Origin: Oligoflexus sp.
GTDB lineage: Bacteria; Bdellovibrionota_B; Oligoflexia; Oligoflexales; Oligoflexaceae
Reading direction: 5' to 3'
DNA: 21,129 nt
Assembly (NCBI GenBank): GCA_041736305.1
Contig: JBGSTX010000278.1
Coordinates: forward strand, 1-21,129
Within the stretch, counting starts at the first letter, position 1, and each line of letters begins with the position of its first letter. Shown in pieces: positions 17,266-21,129 of this stretch. A program made the position numbers and the translations under genes. Below the pieces are notes generated by a model. The model worked only from the letters and a program-made list of their open reading frames with translations. It did no database searches and was not told the DNA's origin.

Positions 17266-17369
17266 TAAGCTCGTGACGTAGTCACAAGGAGAAATTACCA
17301 GCTCGACAAGAAGTCAGAGTGTGACTTGAAGACTTTGGAAAAGGGCTGGCAGATAGAGGAGAAAAGAGA

Positions 17370-18893
17370 GTGATGACCCCAAGCAAGCGGTCAATTAAGA
17401 CCCTTTTTACTACAATATGGCTGGGTGTTCTCCTCGTGAGTGCCTGCAAGTCGAAAGAAAAATTCCCCAGCCTCGGCGAGCAGATTTCTGGTCCTGTGGA
17501 TGTAGCCACTTCACCAAGTGGCGATTACTTCTACGTCCTCAATTCAGACTACGAGCGACGCTTCAACGAAGGTTCGCTTTTGATCATCGATCCAGCTGCT
17601 CCTGATGGCAACTATAAAAAAGCGATTATTCCGACCCGTCGCCTTGGCCGAACCCTCTCGGTAGCCCAGAATCTGCTTTTAGTTCTTTATGATGATCCTG
17701 ACCGTAGCGGAAAGGGTCGGGTTGAACTCTGGAGTCTGGCGACCGAGACCAATCCTTCTCTTACGAGTAGCTGGGAAATCGACTGTACCCCACTAAATGC
17801 AATCATTGCTCCAACGAAGCCATATTTTGCTGTGACCTGCTCCCAAGGTCAGATTTATCTGGGTACTATCGGTGGAGCTAATACGCTCGACATGGTGCGT
17901 TCCTATGGCTTCGAACACCGAGCCCTTTATTTTTATGAAGGAGCTAAGACCTGGCTCTTGGGCTTCCCCTCGGACAGCGACGGCGGACTCAACGAGGACC
18001 TCGTAACCCCCGATCAACAGGGCTATATAGCAGCCGAAGATCTCATCGTCGACCAGCCGAATTCTGTGCCTGATATCTTCGAACTGACTCCCCAGGCTCG
18101 TCGAAGGATCGGAGCTCCTCTACCTTTTCAGATGTTCGCCTATTCCGTTAGCGACGAAGAAGCAGCATCTGCTGCTGCCAAAGAGGCTGATCCCGAAGGC
18201 TCAACTTTTGAACGCTTCCGTCTCATCGAACTAGGGCCAAGTCCAAGCAAGCCGACCTTGGCTAACCAGGAGCTTCTCTATGTTCATTACATTTTGAGAG
18301 AGAGTGACGGACAGCCTACTTCGGCCGAGGGCACCTCCGATCTTTACACGAAAATCTACAGGACCAATTTTTGGACCGCTCAAAGTGCAGGCGATGGTGA
18401 CTCAAATAGCTTCTATCTTTCACAGCGAGGTAATACTTACGGGTCGACCAGCAACAATATTGTGAGGATGCGTCTCAATGAGACGGCTTTGGCGCGCGTT
18501 GGTCAGAGCCCAGTCACTTTCGAGGATATTTTCGAGGTTGAGCGGGTCTATGGATTTAGCCAGGATCGGGATAATCCAGCTCGCTTCCCTAGCGATTTTG
18601 AATACGCCGAAATAGAAGGCGAGCCCATGCTGCTGATCAATCATTTCAGGGATCTCGTTCGTTTTAGGGAAGCTCCCTTCTACGCGATCAGTCGCAAATT
18701 TCTCCTCGAGCCGAAATCAGAGGAAAGACCATCGAGTGCAGATTCGACCGGTTTTGGTGATTCCTACTACCAGCTTGCCGTATCGAAAAGCGGAAAGGTA
18801 CTCAGCTGTTCTTTCTATGGCAACGTCCTCTTCTTGTTCGATGCGCGCCCTCGTACTAGTATAAAGGACCAAACGCCCATCAAGATCGAATGA
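17370..18893 (+). CDS. Hypothetical lipoprotein, beta-propeller-like (YncE-like N-terminus)
   Basis: Basic N-terminus, hydrophobic stretch and lipobox LVSA-C. Blade-like segments GPVDVATSPSGDYFYVLNSD...GSLLIID and YQLAVSKSGKVLSCSFYGNVLFLFD. SD GAGGAG. Confidence 0.7.
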   Translation: MMTPSKRSIKTLFTTIWLGVLLVSACKSKEKFPSLGEQISGPVDVATSPSGDYFYVLNSDYERRFNEGSLLIIDPAAPDGNYKKAIIPTRRLGRTLSVAQNLLLVLYDDPDRSGKGRVELWSLATETNPSLTSSWEIDCTPLNAIIAPTKPYFAVTCSQGQIYLGTIGGANTLDMVRSYGFEHRALYFYEGAKTWLLGFPSDSDGGLNEDLVTPDQQGYIAAEDLIVDQPNSVPDIFELTPQARRRIGAPLPFQMFAYSVSDEEAASAAAKEADPEGSTFERFRLIELGPSPSKPTLANQELLYVHYILRESDGQPTSAEGTSDLYTKIYRTNFWTAQSAGDGDSNSFYLSQRGNTYGSTSNNIVRMRLNETALARVGQSPVTFEDIFEVERVYGFSQDRDNPARFPSDFEYAEIEGEPMLLINHFRDLVRFREAPFYAISRKFLLEPKSEERPSSADSTGFGDSYYQLAVSKSGKVLSCSFYGNVLFLFDARPRTSIKDQTPIKIE

Positions 18894-18943
18894 GCAAGTA
18901 CCCCAGTTAGGTCATGCTCGGCTCTTTCGGCAAAGGACTTGGC

Positions 18944-21129
18944 ATGAATCTCAAAAAGCTCATTGTTTCAGGTTTTAAATCCTTTGCTGATAAAGTGACC
19001 TTGCACTTCGATGATGGAATCACGGGTATTGTCGGTCCAAATGGCTCAGGCAAGTCTAACGTCATCGATGCCGTCCGCTGGGTGATGGGTGAGCAGAACG
19101 CCAAGTATCTCCGGGGTGATATCGCTACCGATATTATTTTTGCCGGTTCGGATAAACGCAAAGCTCTCGGTATGGCTGAAGTTAGCCTAGTCTTCGATAA
19201 CAAGGATGCTAGTTCCTTCTGCCCTCCTGAATATCGCCATGAACCTGAGATCGTGGTCACTCGTCGTCTCTATATCGATGGCGAGCGTGAGTACTTTATC
19301 AATCGCAAGGCCTGTCGCTTGAAAGATGTGGTGGGCTTCTTTGCTACCTCGGGTCTCGGTGGCCGCAGTTACTCGATGATTCAGCAGGGACAGGTCGACC
19401 GGATCTTAAACGCCAAACCTGAAGACGTGCGTGAGATCATCGAAGAAGCTGCAGGTACCCTCATTTTTAAAGCTAGGCGTCAGGCTGCTCAGAAAAAGCT
19501 AGAAGGCACCCGCGATAATCTCAAACGTATAGACGACATCTTGAGCGAACTTGGCCAGCAGCTTGATAAGCTCCGGGATCAGGTCGAAAAAGTCGAGGCG
19601 TGGCGAGGCCTAAACGATTCTATTCGCCAGCAAGAGCTCAAAGTATTCTCCCACAATTTCAAATTCTACTCTTCCAAGCTCCTCGAAATTTCTGATCAGC
19701 TGGATAACGAAAGCGACAGTGAAGTGCGGTGGATGGCCGAACTTTCGTCGTTCGAAGCCCGCGTCGAAGAACTCCAATCCCAGCTCTCAGAAGCCGACCC
19801 AGAGCTCGACCAGCTCCGTGAGGAAATCTCGCATCTGCGCGAACAAATAGTTCGTTCGGAAGGCACCATCACCGCAGCCCTCAAAACTGTAGATCAAGGT
19901 CAACGTCGGCGCAATGAACTTGAGCAGGCTATCAACGAAGACCAAGAGAGCCTTAAAAATCTCGAAAATATCGTCGATCAAAAAAATGCTGATTTCAGCC
20001 GTCTGGAATCCGAAGTGGAGAGATTGCAAGAACTGCTCTCCTCTTTCCAAGATGAAGTCGACCAGGTCGAGGAAGCTGCCCAGGTCTTTCAGAACCGCAG
20101 CCAAGACCTTGAAGAAGAAATCAGAAACCTCGAGCTCCTCCTCGAGAGCAATCGACTGCGCTGTGAAAGCATAGAGCGCGATCGTAAGCGCTTGCACCAG
20201 GATCAGCAAAGCCACCTCGAGCGGCAAGCTACTCTTGAACACAATGCGCGAGGATTCGCTGATAAAATCGAGGATGCTCGGCAAACTCTCAATTCGCGGC
20301 AGGCCGGGCTCGATCAAGAGCTTCAGACCAAGCAGGATCTCGAGCTGGCTTTGCATCGTCGCGAAGAAGCCCTTCGCGGCCAGCAAGAACAGCGCGATAT
20401 TCATAAGGACGCGTACCTCCGCGCACGAGCTCGGCTCAGCTCTCTGGAAGAGATCGAAGCGACCAGTGGCGACCTTCGATCCCATCTCAAGCAAATATTG
20501 AGCAAACATCCCGTGGCTAAGACTCATATTCTCGGGCCCCTGACGGATTACATCGCTTTTCAGGATCAGATCACCGAGTGGTCGGCCAGGGCGATTTTTG
20601 CATTTGAAAAATGGTCGGAACGCCTGATCGTGCCGACGACCGACTCGCTCAATGAGTTGGTCCGCCTTATCAGCCAGGAGCAGCTACCAACTCTTCCGCT
20701 CAGCGTCGTCAGTCTCTGGGATGCGAGCGAGATTAGCGCAATCGAAGCCTGGGCACGGCGCTACGAAGCTCTTTCATGCCGAGATTTTCTCAAAGTCTCT
20801 CCCGAAGCCGAGCCGTGGATTGGGCCGCTGCTCGGACGTCTCTATTATCTCCCCTCTTTGCGGCTCAACGAGGCCGAAATCAGAGATCTGCCGCGCGGCA
20901 TGGTGCTCTTTACAGCTCAAGGCGTACTCTTGAGTTCGCGTGACGAGCTCGCCGTGCAAGGTACGGCGAGCAAAGGGAGTCTCAGTCGAAAAACCGATAT
21001 TGAACAGCTCGCCAAGCAGCTGAAAGAGAGCGAATCAGCTCTGGCCTCTACGCAGAACCAGGCGGATTTACTCGAGCAAAAGCAGGCCGAGACCCGAATT
21101 CTGCTCAAAGACCTAGCCGATCGGCTTGG
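18944..21129 (+). CDS. smc: Chromosome segregation protein SMC; 3' end runs off the window
   Basis: Read manually: MNLKKLIVSGFKSFADK, GIVGPNGSGKSNVIDAVRWVMGEQ (Walker A), DIIFAGS, YSMIQQG (Q-loop) and IIEEAAG, then a long coiled coil and a hinge-like region. SD AAAGGA. Still in frame at the window end. Confidence 0.96.
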   Translation, partial: MNLKKLIVSGFKSFADKVTLHFDDGITGIVGPNGSGKSNVIDAVRWVMGEQNAKYLRGDIATDIIFAGSDKRKALGMAEVSLVFDNKDASSFCPPEYRHEPEIVVTRRLYIDGEREYFINRKACRLKDVVGFFATSGLGGRSYSMIQQGQVDRILNAKPEDVREIIEEAAGTLIFKARRQAAQKKLEGTRDNLKRIDDILSELGQQLDKLRDQVEKVEAWRGLNDSIRQQELKVFSHNFKFYSSKLLEISDQLDNESDSEVRWMAELSSFEARVEELQSQLSEADPELDQLREEISHLREQIVRSEGTITAALKTVDQGQRRRNELEQAINEDQESLKNLENIVDQKNADFSRLESEVERLQELLSSFQDEVDQVEEAAQVFQNRSQDLEEEIRNLELLLESNRLRCESIERDRKRLHQDQQSHLERQATLEHNARGFADKIEDARQTLNSRQAGLDQELQTKQDLELALHRREEALRGQQEQRDIHKDAYLRARARLSSLEEIEATSGDLRSHLKQILSKHPVAKTHILGPLTDYIAFQDQITEWSARAIFAFEKWSERLIVPTTDSLNELVRLISQEQLPTLPLSVVSLWDASEISAIEAWARRYEALSCRDFLKVSPEAEPWIGPLLGRLYYLPSLRLNEAEIRDLPRGMVLFTAQGVLLSSRDELAVQGTASKGSLSRKTDIEQLAKQLKESESALASTQNQADLLEQKQAETRILLKDLADRL

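Noticed and set aside
18907..21108. ORF-track entries in the last 2.2 kb, including the 246-aa minus-strand ORF
   Set aside because: All lie antisense or out of frame to smc, which the track missed because it has no stop codon in the window.

Overview
Bacterial chromosomal housekeeping region of roughly 50% GC (estimated by eye). Gene content and protein style suggest a deltaproteobacteria-like organism such as Bdellovibrionota/Oligoflexia (inference). In order: partial glmS and a C-terminally shortened glmU (minus); an NfuA/NifU-C protein with an unusual N-terminus and a HEAT-repeat gene (plus); a minus-strand run of secreted 4x Cys-pair repeat protein, alr and a VOC protein; the rpmH-rnpA-yidD-yidC-jag-mnmE cassette without its usual dnaA and mnmG neighbours; an intact ALDH-fold gene lacking its catalytic residues; a phosphohexomutase; an outer-membrane beta-barrel; ssb; a beta-propeller-like lipoprotein; and partial smc. 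glmS, rpmH and smc are missing from the ORF track and were read directly. No rRNA, tRNA, CRISPR array or mobile element was seen. The main oddities are the ALDH pseudoenzyme, GlmU without its acetyltransferase site, a HicB-like/NfuA fusion behind a structured leader, an SMC hinge lacking the glycine motif, and a terminator-like hairpin inside the start of mnmE.
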